24,000 nucleotides of DNA from Acaryochloris marina S15 (GTDB lineage: Bacteria; Cyanobacteriota; Cyanobacteriia; Thermosynechococcales; Thermosynechococcaceae), in assembly GCF_018336915.1 (NCBI RefSeq), contig NZ_CP064923.1, positions 4,625,372 to 4,649,371 of the forward strand, written 5' to 3'. Shown piece by piece: positions 1 to 7,426 of the stretch (positions within the stretch are counted from its first letter, which is position 1; each line of letters begins with the position of its first letter). A model generated the notes under the pieces. The model did not search any database and was not told the origin of the DNA. It saw only the letters and a list, made by a program, of their open reading frames with translations. The position numbers were made by a program, and so were the translations under genes.

Positions 1-857
1 CTTAACCGAGCCGATGTTCGAGCTTGATCAGGGGCTAACTGAATCTGCCGCTGCACACTGGTAAAACTGGCATAGGTTTCTCGGTATTGAGCATCTAAAG
101 CCTGTCGTTCAGTTTTGATCCGGTCTAAAGCAGCGGATGCGGTTTGGGCTTGTGTAGCAGGGTCAATCACATTGGTGCCACTGCGAAAAGTCTTCAGGGC
201 AGCCTCTGCTTCCAAAACGCTGCGGCGAACTTCTGGCAATTGCTTATCAATAAACGCCAAACCCTTGGAGAGACGGAGCTTCTGCTGTTCTAGGTTATAG
301 AGTTGATAGACAGATAAGACTGTTTCTAAAATCTGTTGGGTTTTTTCAGGCTGAGTACTGATGTAACTGGCGGCCAAGACCTTTGTTGCGACCTTTCCTT
401 TACCCGTTCGATCTGGACCATATACAGGACTAAAAGACAAAGATGATCGTAGATCCTCAATGGTGATATTTGGATAGTCTGTTTGTAGCCGTTCAACAGC
501 CCTAGACAGAACTTCAGCCCCCGTCAACACTTGCAGTTGTGTCGTGAGATCCACTTGAACATTCGGATCAGCAAACCGATTCTCTGCGGTCTTCGGCCCT
601 AAACCATTCGGTTTGGACTGATAGTTGGACTCCACCAAAAGCTGCATCGTACTTTGATACAGGGGTTGAGTTTTTAAAGTCAGGAAAATAGAGCCTGCCA
701 AAGCGCCCACAAAGGCACCTAGAAACCAAAATTTCCGCCGGATTAAGATCGAAAGCAGATGCCCATAGCCCCAGTCTTTGTCAATGGTTTGGGCAATCAA
801 AGCATCTTGTTGATGCGCAAGCTTATTAGGGGGTTTGTATAAACTGCTTTCAGTCAC
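1..857 (-). CDS. Polysaccharide chain-length determinant (Wzz/GumC/PCP-type) protein, N-terminal part. The 3' end lies beyond the window start.
   Basis: Absent from the ORF track because it runs off the window edge. My minus-strand translation from GTG (857-855) reads VTESSLYKPPNKLAHQQDALIAQTIDKDWGYGHLLSILIRRKFWFLGAFVGALAGSIFLTLKTQPLYQSTMQLLVESNYQ..., and the frame stays open to position 1. A basic stretch, one TM helix and a long coiled-coil-like segment (LEQQKLRLSKGLAFIDKQLPEVRRSVLEAEAALKTFR) fit the Wzz/GumC architecture. The start codon is uncertain: GTG, with an in-frame stop at 873-875 just upstream. Confidence 0.6.
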   Translation of the reverse strand, partial: MTESSLYKPPNKLAHQQDALIAQTIDKDWGYGHLLSILIRRKFWFLGAFVGALAGSIFLTLKTQPLYQSTMQLLVESNYQSKPNGLGPKTAENRFADPNVQVDLTTQLQVLTGAEVLSRAVERLQTDYPNITIEDLRSSLSFSPVYGPDRTGKGKVATKVLAASYISTQPEKTQQILETVLSVYQLYNLEQQKLRLSKGLAFIDKQLPEVRRSVLEAEAALKTFRSGTNVIDPATQAQTASAALDRIKTERQALDAQYRETYASFTSVQRQIQLAPDQARTSARL

Positions 858-867
858 AATCTGTATT

Positions 868-1992
868 TCAACTTATAGAAGGAACAAAAGAATTTTGATT
901 AATCGTTTGAGCGGGATAAATTTGGTTAATAACTTGATGGATTTTTTGAAAGAAGACGGGTTCGGAAAAGTGTGACAGGGCATGGTTTCGAATGTATTGA
1001 TAGTCCCATTCGATCTGTTGCGATCGCACGAGTGCTGCCTGCAGAGATGAGGCTGTTTGTTTATTGAAAAACACACCCGTCTGGCCTGGAACTTGGGTAT
1101 CGAGTACACCACCCGCACCAAAAGAAACCACTGGCGTTCCGCTGGCATTTGCTTCAACGGGAACCAAACCATAATCTTCTAGGGCTGCCACGACCACTGC
1201 TTTAGCTTTGGCCATCAGATGACAGCGCTCTGCATCAGAGATATATCCTAGAAATTCGACGTTTGATTTAGCTCGACGTTCTAAATGCTCCCGTTCCGGG
1301 CCATCTCCCATAATCTTCAAAGGCCAACCCAACTGATTAAACGCATCAATAATAACGTCAACACGCTTATAGCCCAACAATCGGGCAGATACTAAGAAAA
1401 AATCTTCTTTTTGGTCCGAAAAAGAAAATTTAGAATTATCAATTGGATAGTTGACTACAATCGCTTGCTTACTATAAGTCGATTGGATACGGCCGGCGAC
1501 TTCAGTCGAATTAGCAATATATAGATCGGGCTCTTGGGCATAGGCGAGATCAGCCTTCCTCATGACCCGAAACATTTTCTCGATAAAAGGGTAGAGATGC
1601 TGATAGTCTGCATACTCTCTCAAATAGGTTTGGGTGTCCCACAGAAAACGAGTGATGTTATGGCAAAAGCAGATATGTTTTGCATCCGATCGGGTTCGCA
1701 CCGCTTTAGCAAAGCTGGTGCTACTGCTAATAATTAGGTCATATTTCTGTAAATCCAACGCTCTAAAAGCTGGATAATAGAAAGGAGCCAACAGCCTAAA
1801 ATACTTGGTTGCCCCTGGTAATTTCTGTAAAAGAGTTGTATGAACAAGTCGATCGCCCAACTCTATCGTTTGTTGTGGATCGTATAGAGAAGTGAATATA
1901 TCTGCACTGGGGAAGTGACGACACAACAGCTCGAAAACCCTCTCAGCGCCTCCGCGTTGGGTTAGATAGTCATGAACTAGGGCAATCTTCAT
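868..1992 (-). CDS. Glycosyltransferase family 4 (GT-B fold, group 1)
   Basis: 374-aa ORF with an ATG start. The N-terminus MKIALVHDYLTQRGGAERV and the C-terminal EDYGLVPVEANASGTPVV region are typical of group-1/GT4 enzymes. Its stop lies 10 nt upstream of the Wzz-like gene start, so it is probably co-transcribed with that exopolysaccharide gene. Confidence 0.85.
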   Translation of the reverse strand: MKIALVHDYLTQRGGAERVFELLCRHFPSADIFTSLYDPQQTIELGDRLVHTTLLQKLPGATKYFRLLAPFYYPAFRALDLQKYDLIISSSTSFAKAVRTRSDAKHICFCHNITRFLWDTQTYLREYADYQHLYPFIEKMFRVMRKADLAYAQEPDLYIANSTEVAGRIQSTYSKQAIVVNYPIDNSKFSFSDQKEDFFLVSARLLGYKRVDVIIDAFNQLGWPLKIMGDGPEREHLERRAKSNVEFLGYISDAERCHLMAKAKAVVVAALEDYGLVPVEANASGTPVVSFGAGGVLDTQVPGQTGVFFNKQTASSLQAALVRSQQIEWDYQYIRNHALSHFSEPVFFQKIHQVINQIYPAQTINQNSFVPSIS

Positions 1993-2450
1993 AATTCGTT
2001 CGTACTTTAGCTGCTACTTCACCAGGACCCTTTGTTCAATTTTTAGAAATCACACGGATGTGGAGGAATAGGCTAGACAATATCATGAGCTTGACGATAC
2101 AACACTTCGTAAAAGGATACCCTAAACATGAGAATTATTGCTTTATAAAGATGACAGAACCCAATTCAATCCATAGCGCAGCTACTTCACTGTTCACTGC
2201 ATGGGTTATCTATTCTATAAAACTTCAATCTCAATATTCTCTGAAGAAAAGAAGCTAGGAATTCTCAATTTTTCTTTCAGCAATAGTCTCTCTTTCAACG
2301 CATGAGGGAGAATGATGTTTAAAGGTATTAGAAGTAAGTGAAAGTCCTGGGAACTTGGCCCAATTAGCCCACTTGCACCCCAGCAGGTTAAGTATAGCGT
2401 GGCATTTTTCCCCTCGCCAGATAATTTAGAAAGTTTTTCGTTAGTATCGG

Positions 2451-4265
2451 TTATCGATAGTTCTGAGCTTGGGTTTCAAACATCGATGCATAGACCCCAT
2501 TCAGGTTCATCAGCGTATTATGATTACCTTCTTCAATCATGTGACCTTGTGACATCACATAAATATAGTCCGCCATCTTAACTGTCGACAATCGGTGACT
2601 AATCAAAATGGCGGACTGATCTTGTATGAGCTCCCGAAACTGTTGGAAAACCTCATACTCAGCTTTGGGGTCCATTGCACTGGTTGGCTCATCCAGAACA
2701 ATCACTTGGGAATCTCGAAGAAAGGCACGAGCCAAAGCGATTTTCTGCCACTGCCCAATACTGAGTTCTTCTCCCTGATCAAACATCTTGCCTAAGACAG
2801 TATCGTACCCTTGAGGTAACGACTGGATCACTCTATCGGCCCCGGATAGTTGAGCCGCCGATCGGATTCGATGCTCATCGGCAGGTCTCTCAATATTCCC
2901 TAACTGGATATTCTCTCGGGCAGTGAAATGGTATTTAGCATAATCTTGAAAGATGACGCTGATATGGCTTTTCAGCTCAAGCTTGCTAAAGTTTTTGAGA
3001 TCAATCCCATCAATTGTGATATTCCCTTCAGTAGGATCGTAAAGCCGACAAAGTAGCTTAATTAATGTCGTTTTGCCAGAACCATTTTCACCCACTAAAG
3101 CAATGACTTGTCCTGGCTGAAGCTTGAGAGAAACATTGTGAATAGCTTGACGCTGGGTCGTTACATATTGAAAGCTCACATTATTGAAGGCAACTCCAGT
3201 GGCTAAACTCCCTGGAAAAGGCTGCGGGCATTCTGGCTCCAAAACTTTTGATTCTATATCTAAAAACTCGTATAGATTCGCAAGGAACAAATTATCCTCA
3301 TAAAGTCCAGATAGACTCCGTAACAAACCCTTCAGACTATTTTGGCCTTTTTGCAGTGCCTGATAGTAGAGAACTAAATCCCCTAATTTGAGCACTCCCA
3401 ACAAAGTTTGTTGGACCATATAGACAAAGATGGCAAATACAAACAGTCCTGCAATTACCTGGGCTCCAAAAAAGGCAAAGGATCGTTTGGAAACTATGCC
3501 TACTTTTTCTTTATAGATTATTTCCCGTAACTGGGAATATCTGTGTTTGAAATGTTCTCCTAAGTTAAATAGACGAATTTCCTTGGCAAACAAATCGCTG
3601 GTTTGTAACCACCCCAAATACATCGCCTGCCGTTCCAGCTGAGTACGACGACGCTTCCAGTGGTACATCACCCCTGCAAACTTCATCCGCACCAACACAG
3701 TCGGAATAGCAGCAACAAACAAAATCCCCACAATGCTCCAATGCAAGGCTAATAACAATCCCAACATTGCGATCAGTGAAATTGAACTTTGCCCGGCCAA
3801 GGCTAACCGATCCAGGATACGGGGAGGGCGATAGGGAGCCTCTTGTTGTGCCCGCTGCAAGGCATCATAATACTGGGCATTTTCGTAATACTCTAAGTCG
3901 GCTGAAATAGATTTAGAGTGGATAATGCCCTGCATATAATCCGTGACCCGCTGAGCATGAGCAATGGTAACCAAGTCCGATAGCGAGGCAAAGAAGGTCG
4001 TACTAATCGTCAAGCAAGCGGCAACAACCAATAAAGGAACGATATCGTTGATCGCTGATGCCCGGTTAGAGAGTGCTAAGCTAATCGTCACTTGGTCGAC
4101 AATCAGCTTAGTCATATAAATGGAAAATAAGGGTAGGATGCCCTGAATGATGACCAAGCCAATGCGCGCCAAAGTCCAGTTAGGACCGCTTTGCCAAACC
4201 AATTTCAAAGCTGGTATGAAGTGCAAGGGACGTTTGAATCTTGCTTTGATAAATCCAGTCAGCAT
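2451..4265 (-). CDS. ABC transporter, fused permease/ATPase; predicted lasso-peptide exporter/immunity protein (McjD-type role)
   Basis: 604-aa ORF with an N-terminal multi-helix permease half. Walker A is GENGSGKTT, the ABC signature is LSIGQWQKIALARAF and Walker B is VIVLDEPTS. It lies directly downstream of the precursor genes on the same strand. Confidence 0.85.
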   Translation of the reverse strand: MLTGFIKARFKRPLHFIPALKLVWQSGPNWTLARIGLVIIQGILPLFSIYMTKLIVDQVTISLALSNRASAINDIVPLLVVAACLTISTTFFASLSDLVTIAHAQRVTDYMQGIIHSKSISADLEYYENAQYYDALQRAQQEAPYRPPRILDRLALAGQSSISLIAMLGLLLALHWSIVGILFVAAIPTVLVRMKFAGVMYHWKRRRTQLERQAMYLGWLQTSDLFAKEIRLFNLGEHFKHRYSQLREIIYKEKVGIVSKRSFAFFGAQVIAGLFVFAIFVYMVQQTLLGVLKLGDLVLYYQALQKGQNSLKGLLRSLSGLYEDNLFLANLYEFLDIESKVLEPECPQPFPGSLATGVAFNNVSFQYVTTQRQAIHNVSLKLQPGQVIALVGENGSGKTTLIKLLCRLYDPTEGNITIDGIDLKNFSKLELKSHISVIFQDYAKYHFTARENIQLGNIERPADEHRIRSAAQLSGADRVIQSLPQGYDTVLGKMFDQGEELSIGQWQKIALARAFLRDSQVIVLDEPTSAMDPKAEYEVFQQFRELIQDQSAILISHRLSTVKMADYIYVMSQGHMIEEGNHNTLMNLNGVYASMFETQAQNYR

Positions 4266-4592
4266 AAACGGCCATTTGACAATGCATAGTGCAGAATTAT
4301 CCTAACGCTGTACGAACACACTCAGCGAGAGAGGTGAAAAACATGGCCAGCCCTAGTCAAAATCCTGGGTCATAGGATGGAGCTGATCTGCCAGATCGTT
4401 CACATTTCAATAATGAGGTCGAAGTCTTAGGGAGACTGCCTTACACCCCAGAGAAGCAAAGTCGTCATCCATATGGCTAAGCTGAAAAAGCCTGCATCCG
4501 AACAGCAAGGACTCATTCAGCAACACTGAAACCGTTGATCTTAAACAGGCCGTTATCGAGGAGATGCAATGTTGTGATCTGTTTTAGCTCAA

Positions 4593-4631
4593 ACAAATAG
4601 AGCCAGCATTTTGAAGGCTGACTCTGTTTGT
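4593..4631 (-). terminator. Candidate stem-loop (attenuator or mRNA-stabilising hairpin) between the precursor genes and the ABC exporter
   Basis: 4593-4607 pairs with 4617-4631: about 14 pairs, with one mismatch and one wobble on the minus-strand RNA, and a 9-nt loop. It sits 37 nt downstream of the stop of precursor copy 2. There is no clean U-tract after the stem; the U-rich run UAUUUGUUUG is partly inside it. It is therefore not a textbook intrinsic terminator. Confidence 0.3.
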
Positions 4632-4667
4632 ATCAATATTCAGTTTATAGATAACTGAAAAGGATGA

Positions 4668-4808
4668 CTATGACGTTACATCATCAATATCACCGGCAGG
4701 AATCGTCCCAAAAGGCACATCTGTCGCATTAAATGACGGTGAATTCTTAGTCATATCTTCTACGCTGCCATACACCTTCAACTGAGGTGCACCATAGGAT
4801 CTTTTCAT
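4668..4808 (-). CDS. Lasso-peptide precursor, copy 2 (46 aa): MKRSYGAPQLKVYGSVEDMTKNSPSFNATDVPFGTIPAGDIDDVTS
   Basis: Hand translation of the minus strand: ATG at 4808-4806, TAG at 4670-4668. AAGGAG (4826-4821) lies 12 nt upstream of the ATG. The leader matches YxxPxLx3Gx5Tx exactly (Y5, P8, L10, G14, T20). It sits between a lasso cyclase and an ABC exporter. A paralogous copy lies 334 bp away and differs mostly by silent substitutions. Confidence 0.8.
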   Translation of the reverse strand: MKRSYGAPQLKVYGSVEDMTKNSPSFNATDVPFGTIPAGDIDDVTS

Positions 4809-4878
4809 GGTCTTAGCTTACTCCTTACTTAATTTGTCTTTAGCTGTTCTGGCTTATGCATATGGAAGCATTTGCCAA

Positions 4879-4938
4879 TTAACAGCGTCTAATTGTTGTC
4901 AATTAGGTGTTTTACCCCCCAGGTCAGCTGTGAAACAA
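4879..4938 (-). promoter_or_regulatory. Conserved ~60-nt block upstream of precursor copy 2, containing an 18-bp palindrome (4889-4906)
   Basis: The minus-strand sequence TTGTTTCACAGCTGACCTGGGGGGTAAAACACCTAATTGACAACAATTAGACGCTGTTAA is almost identical to the block upstream of copy 1, while the flanking spacer has diverged. The palindrome is CTAATTG-ACAA-CAATTAG. Promoter elements could not be assigned with confidence; TTGTTT-18nt-TAAAAC is one possibility. Confidence 0.4.
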
Positions 4939-5001
4939 TTCAAGCTGGACCACGACGCAAACATTCTAGCAACAATCAAAAAATCGTGGCTGGGTAATAA
5001 A

Positions 5002-5142
5002 CTATGACGTTATATCATCAATATCCCCAGCAGGAATGGTTCCAAATGGCACATCGATAGCATTCACCGATGGCGCATTCTTTGTCATATCTTCTACGCT
5101 TCCGTAAGCCCTCAATTGAGGTGCATCATAAAATTTTTTCAT
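5002..5142 (-). CDS. Lasso-peptide precursor, copy 1 (46 aa): MKKFYDAPQLRAYGSVEDMTKNAPSVNAIDVPFGTIPAGDIDDITS
   Basis: Hand translation of the minus strand: ATG at 5142-5140, TAG at 5004-5002. AAGGAG (5160-5155) lies 12 nt upstream. It has the same leader motif and the same Asn1/Asp9/C-terminal Ser architecture as copy 2. Confidence 0.8.
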   Translation of the reverse strand: MKKFYDAPQLRAYGSVEDMTKNAPSVNAIDVPFGTIPAGDIDDITS

Positions 5143-5215
5143 GGCCTTAGCTTGCTCCTTAAGTCATCTGCTTTTAGCAGCTGTTCTGGTTTACTTATAT
5201 GAGTTGCCATACAAG

Positions 5216-5274
5216 TTAACAGCGTCTAATTAAAGTTAATTAGGTGTTTACCCCCCAGGTCAGCTGTGAAACAA
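5216..5274 (-). promoter_or_regulatory. Conserved block upstream of precursor copy 1, containing an 18-bp palindrome (5226-5243)
   Basis: The minus-strand sequence is TTGTTTCACAGCTGACCTGGGGGGTAAACACCTAATTAACTTTAATTAGACGCTGTTAA. The palindrome is CTAATTA-ACTT-TAATTAG. Relative to copy 2, the innermost arm pair changed G:C to A:T on both arms, so the symmetry is preserved by a compensatory change. Confidence 0.4.
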
Positions 5275-5432
5275 GTTTCTAGCCGGACCATGATGCCGCT
5301 ATTTTAGGCAGTATCCAGTGGAAAATCTTGCCGAGTGGACATCAATTCAGCATACAAATCCAGTTTAGACATTATAGCTTTTAAAATATATGGGGAGAAT
5401 CTCAATCCTTAAATATTCATAAGATTTGATTA

Positions 5433-7406
5433 CTATTGCGTGGATTCTGCAAAATTGGAGCTTAGATTAGCTTGTTGTAGCCAAAGAATCAAGTTAACGG
5501 CAATCCAAATCAGTAAAGTGTCGTTAGCTTCAGCATGTCCTGTGTGCCATCGATTGACTAGGTTAGTCAGCTCTTGCATATCAATAAAGTCTGCAATGGC
5601 ATCAGGAGGATGACTGAGGACCTGGTGGATCAAGTCCGTACCGTATTTCTCTAGGGTATGGTCAAACGCTGTGCCCAAATTTCCTTTCCCTGCGCGCCAC
5701 TGAATTTGGGGAGGAAGAATACCTTCGAGTCCACGTCTGATAATCAACCGAGTCCAACCATTTTGCATCTTCTGCTCCTCTGGTAGAGAGACACAAAATT
5801 CTACTAACCGCTTATCCCAAAAGGGAAATCGCAATTCAATTTGGGATGCGGCGGCTGTTCGATCCATCACTTCTAGGGTCGAAGAGACTAAGCCAGACGT
5901 AACATCAACGATATGTTCATGACGTTGAGATGGTTGTGCGCCAAAGCGCTGACGACGCAACTGTTTATAGCGCTGTAGCACTGATGCCCGATCGATAAAG
6001 TCTGGGCTAAGGGGAATGGCCCAAGGCATTGCTGGAGCTGCCTGTGATGCACTAGGGTCTTGCTGTCCACGAGATTGCCAAGTGTTGACTTTACGAATAA
6101 TTTTGGTGATCTTTGTCTTCTTGAGGAGGGGGTTGATGCCAAATTTACGGACATAGGACCGATACAGTGGCCATAAGTCGTAACCGAAGCTTTGACAAAA
6201 CCCGCTCATCTCGCGCCATAACTTGAGCCAATGTCCCGCTTTGGCAAGGGTGCGCAAATACCCTACTCCATGGGATACCGCCTGATCACCATCAAAGCCA
6301 TCCAATAACACCCGGACGGATTGGCCCTGAGCGATTTGATATAAGGCATGGGTTAAGTGGGAGTTACAGGCAAATAAGGGTTCGTCTTGAAGGGCCAACA
6401 TCTGCTGATAATCTGTCCAGGGTCCGAGTTGATCTCCCTGTACATACTGAGGCTCGATAGGCCGCTGATGAACCACTGCATTAATGAATTCCTGTTCATC
6501 AGATGCCGTTATTTCATTAAACACGGCAGAGAAGGTGGGGAATTTAGCGGTCTCTTGTGCCTCCTGTCTCAACTGGGCAGTCATACAGGTGATGGAGGAG
6601 GAGTCAATGCCACCACTTAACATCGTGCCCACGGGAAATGCACTTCTGAGGCGACAGCGCACTGCTTCGGTAAAAATAGCTTGAAACTGTTCAGCATAGG
6701 CTTGATCGGACTCAAGCTGTAGTTCAACGTCAGGATCGAGAGACCAGTAGGATGAGATGTCCAGATTGTTTTTGCTCACCGTCATCCGGTGAGCAGGAGG
6801 AAGTCGCAGGATCTGCTCATAGAAGGTCATTTCTGAATCAAACAACATGAGGGTCAGATAGTCGGCGACTCTGGTTTCATTTAAGGCTTTAGGCACTTCT
6901 GGCAGGTGAAACAGCGCTTTCATTTCGCTTGCAAAGGCAAACACCTGTTCAGAGGCATAGTAAAAGAAAGGCTTGACCCCAAAATGATCGCGGGCACAAA
7001 ACAAATGCTGTTGAGTGGCATCCCAGAGGGCAAAGGCAAAGTCACCCAGGAGAAATTCAGGACATTGTTCACCCCATTTTTCGTAGGCAGCAAGAATGAG
7101 AGCGCTATCGGTAATAACTTCGGATGTAGGCTGTTCCAGGCCCAACTGGGTCATCAGATCAGCACGATTATCAATCCGCGCGTCGGCAGTGAGGACTAAG
7201 GTTTGGGAGGCATTGCTGAGAGGAGGCGTTTCAAACCGGGATTCTGGGGTTGTCTGTAATAAACAATGGCCGAGGCCAACCTGATCTTGACTCCATATAT
7301 TTGTCCCATCCGGTCCCCGATGGGACAGAGATTGGACCATTTGATGCAGATGATCAATCCCCCCAGGATGAGGGTGAGGATAAACAAAGCCAGTAATTGC
7401 GCTCAT
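5433..7406 (-). CDS. Lasso-peptide cyclase (asparagine synthetase B-like, McjC-type)
   Basis: 657-aa ORF. The PP-loop ATP-pyrophosphatase motif is MLSGGIDSSSIT. The N-terminus is MSAITGF rather than the MCGI of true AsnB, so the glutaminase Cys nucleophile is absent, as is typical of lasso cyclases. The gene is flanked by other lasso genes. Confidence 0.9.
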   Translation of the reverse strand: MSAITGFVYPHPHPGGIDHLHQMVQSLSHRGPDGTNIWSQDQVGLGHCLLQTTPESRFETPPLSNASQTLVLTADARIDNRADLMTQLGLEQPTSEVITDSALILAAYEKWGEQCPEFLLGDFAFALWDATQQHLFCARDHFGVKPFFYYASEQVFAFASEMKALFHLPEVPKALNETRVADYLTLMLFDSEMTFYEQILRLPPAHRMTVSKNNLDISSYWSLDPDVELQLESDQAYAEQFQAIFTEAVRCRLRSAFPVGTMLSGGIDSSSITCMTAQLRQEAQETAKFPTFSAVFNEITASDEQEFINAVVHQRPIEPQYVQGDQLGPWTDYQQMLALQDEPLFACNSHLTHALYQIAQGQSVRVLLDGFDGDQAVSHGVGYLRTLAKAGHWLKLWREMSGFCQSFGYDLWPLYRSYVRKFGINPLLKKTKITKIIRKVNTWQSRGQQDPSASQAAPAMPWAIPLSPDFIDRASVLQRYKQLRRQRFGAQPSQRHEHIVDVTSGLVSSTLEVMDRTAAASQIELRFPFWDKRLVEFCVSLPEEQKMQNGWTRLIIRRGLEGILPPQIQWRAGKGNLGTAFDHTLEKYGTDLIHQVLSHPPDAIADFIDMQELTNLVNRWHTGHAEANDTLLIWIAVNLILWLQQANLSSNFAESTQ

Positions 7407-7426
7407 GATGACAGAAGGGTCGAAAT

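Larger units (their letters stand above)
4668..5308. repeat. Tandem duplication (period 334-337 bp) of the precursor gene plus its upstream region
   Basis: Unit 1 is about 4668-4970 and unit 2 about 5002-5308. The CDSs differ at 26 of 141 nt by hand alignment. The SD sequences, the CCAGAACAGCT segment, the ~60-nt block and GGACCA(C/T)GA(C/T)GC are all colinear between units. Confidence 0.85.

Noticed and set aside
115-300. Plus-strand 61-aa ORF at the left edge
   Set aside because: It is antisense to the Wzz-like partial CDS, whose frame is open across the whole 1-857 interval.
2058-2581. Track ORFs 2058-2258 and 2399-2581 in or next to the AT-rich spacer between the GT4 and ABC genes
   Set aside because: No recognisable motifs. 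The second starts at GTG and runs antisense into the 3' end of the ABC transporter. The first is AT-rich with an odd composition. Both are treated as non-coding spacer.
4266-4667. Search for a third, degenerate precursor copy or other small peptide gene in the 400-bp gap before the ABC transporter. Candidates include minus-strand MSPCCSDAGFFSLAIWMTTLLLWGVRQSP, and plus-strand MAKLKKPASEQQGLIQQH and MQCCDLF.
   Set aside because: None resembles the precursor leader or core, none has the conserved SD or upstream block, and all are within chance expectation for short ORFs.
4807-5007. Plus-strand 66-aa ORF from the track (MVLAYSLLNLSLAVLAYAYGS...), the only track call in the precursor region
   Set aside because: It lies antisense to the duplicated precursor upstream region and has no SD sequence. 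It is not conserved in the second repeat unit. It is explained by chance openness opposite the real minus-strand features.
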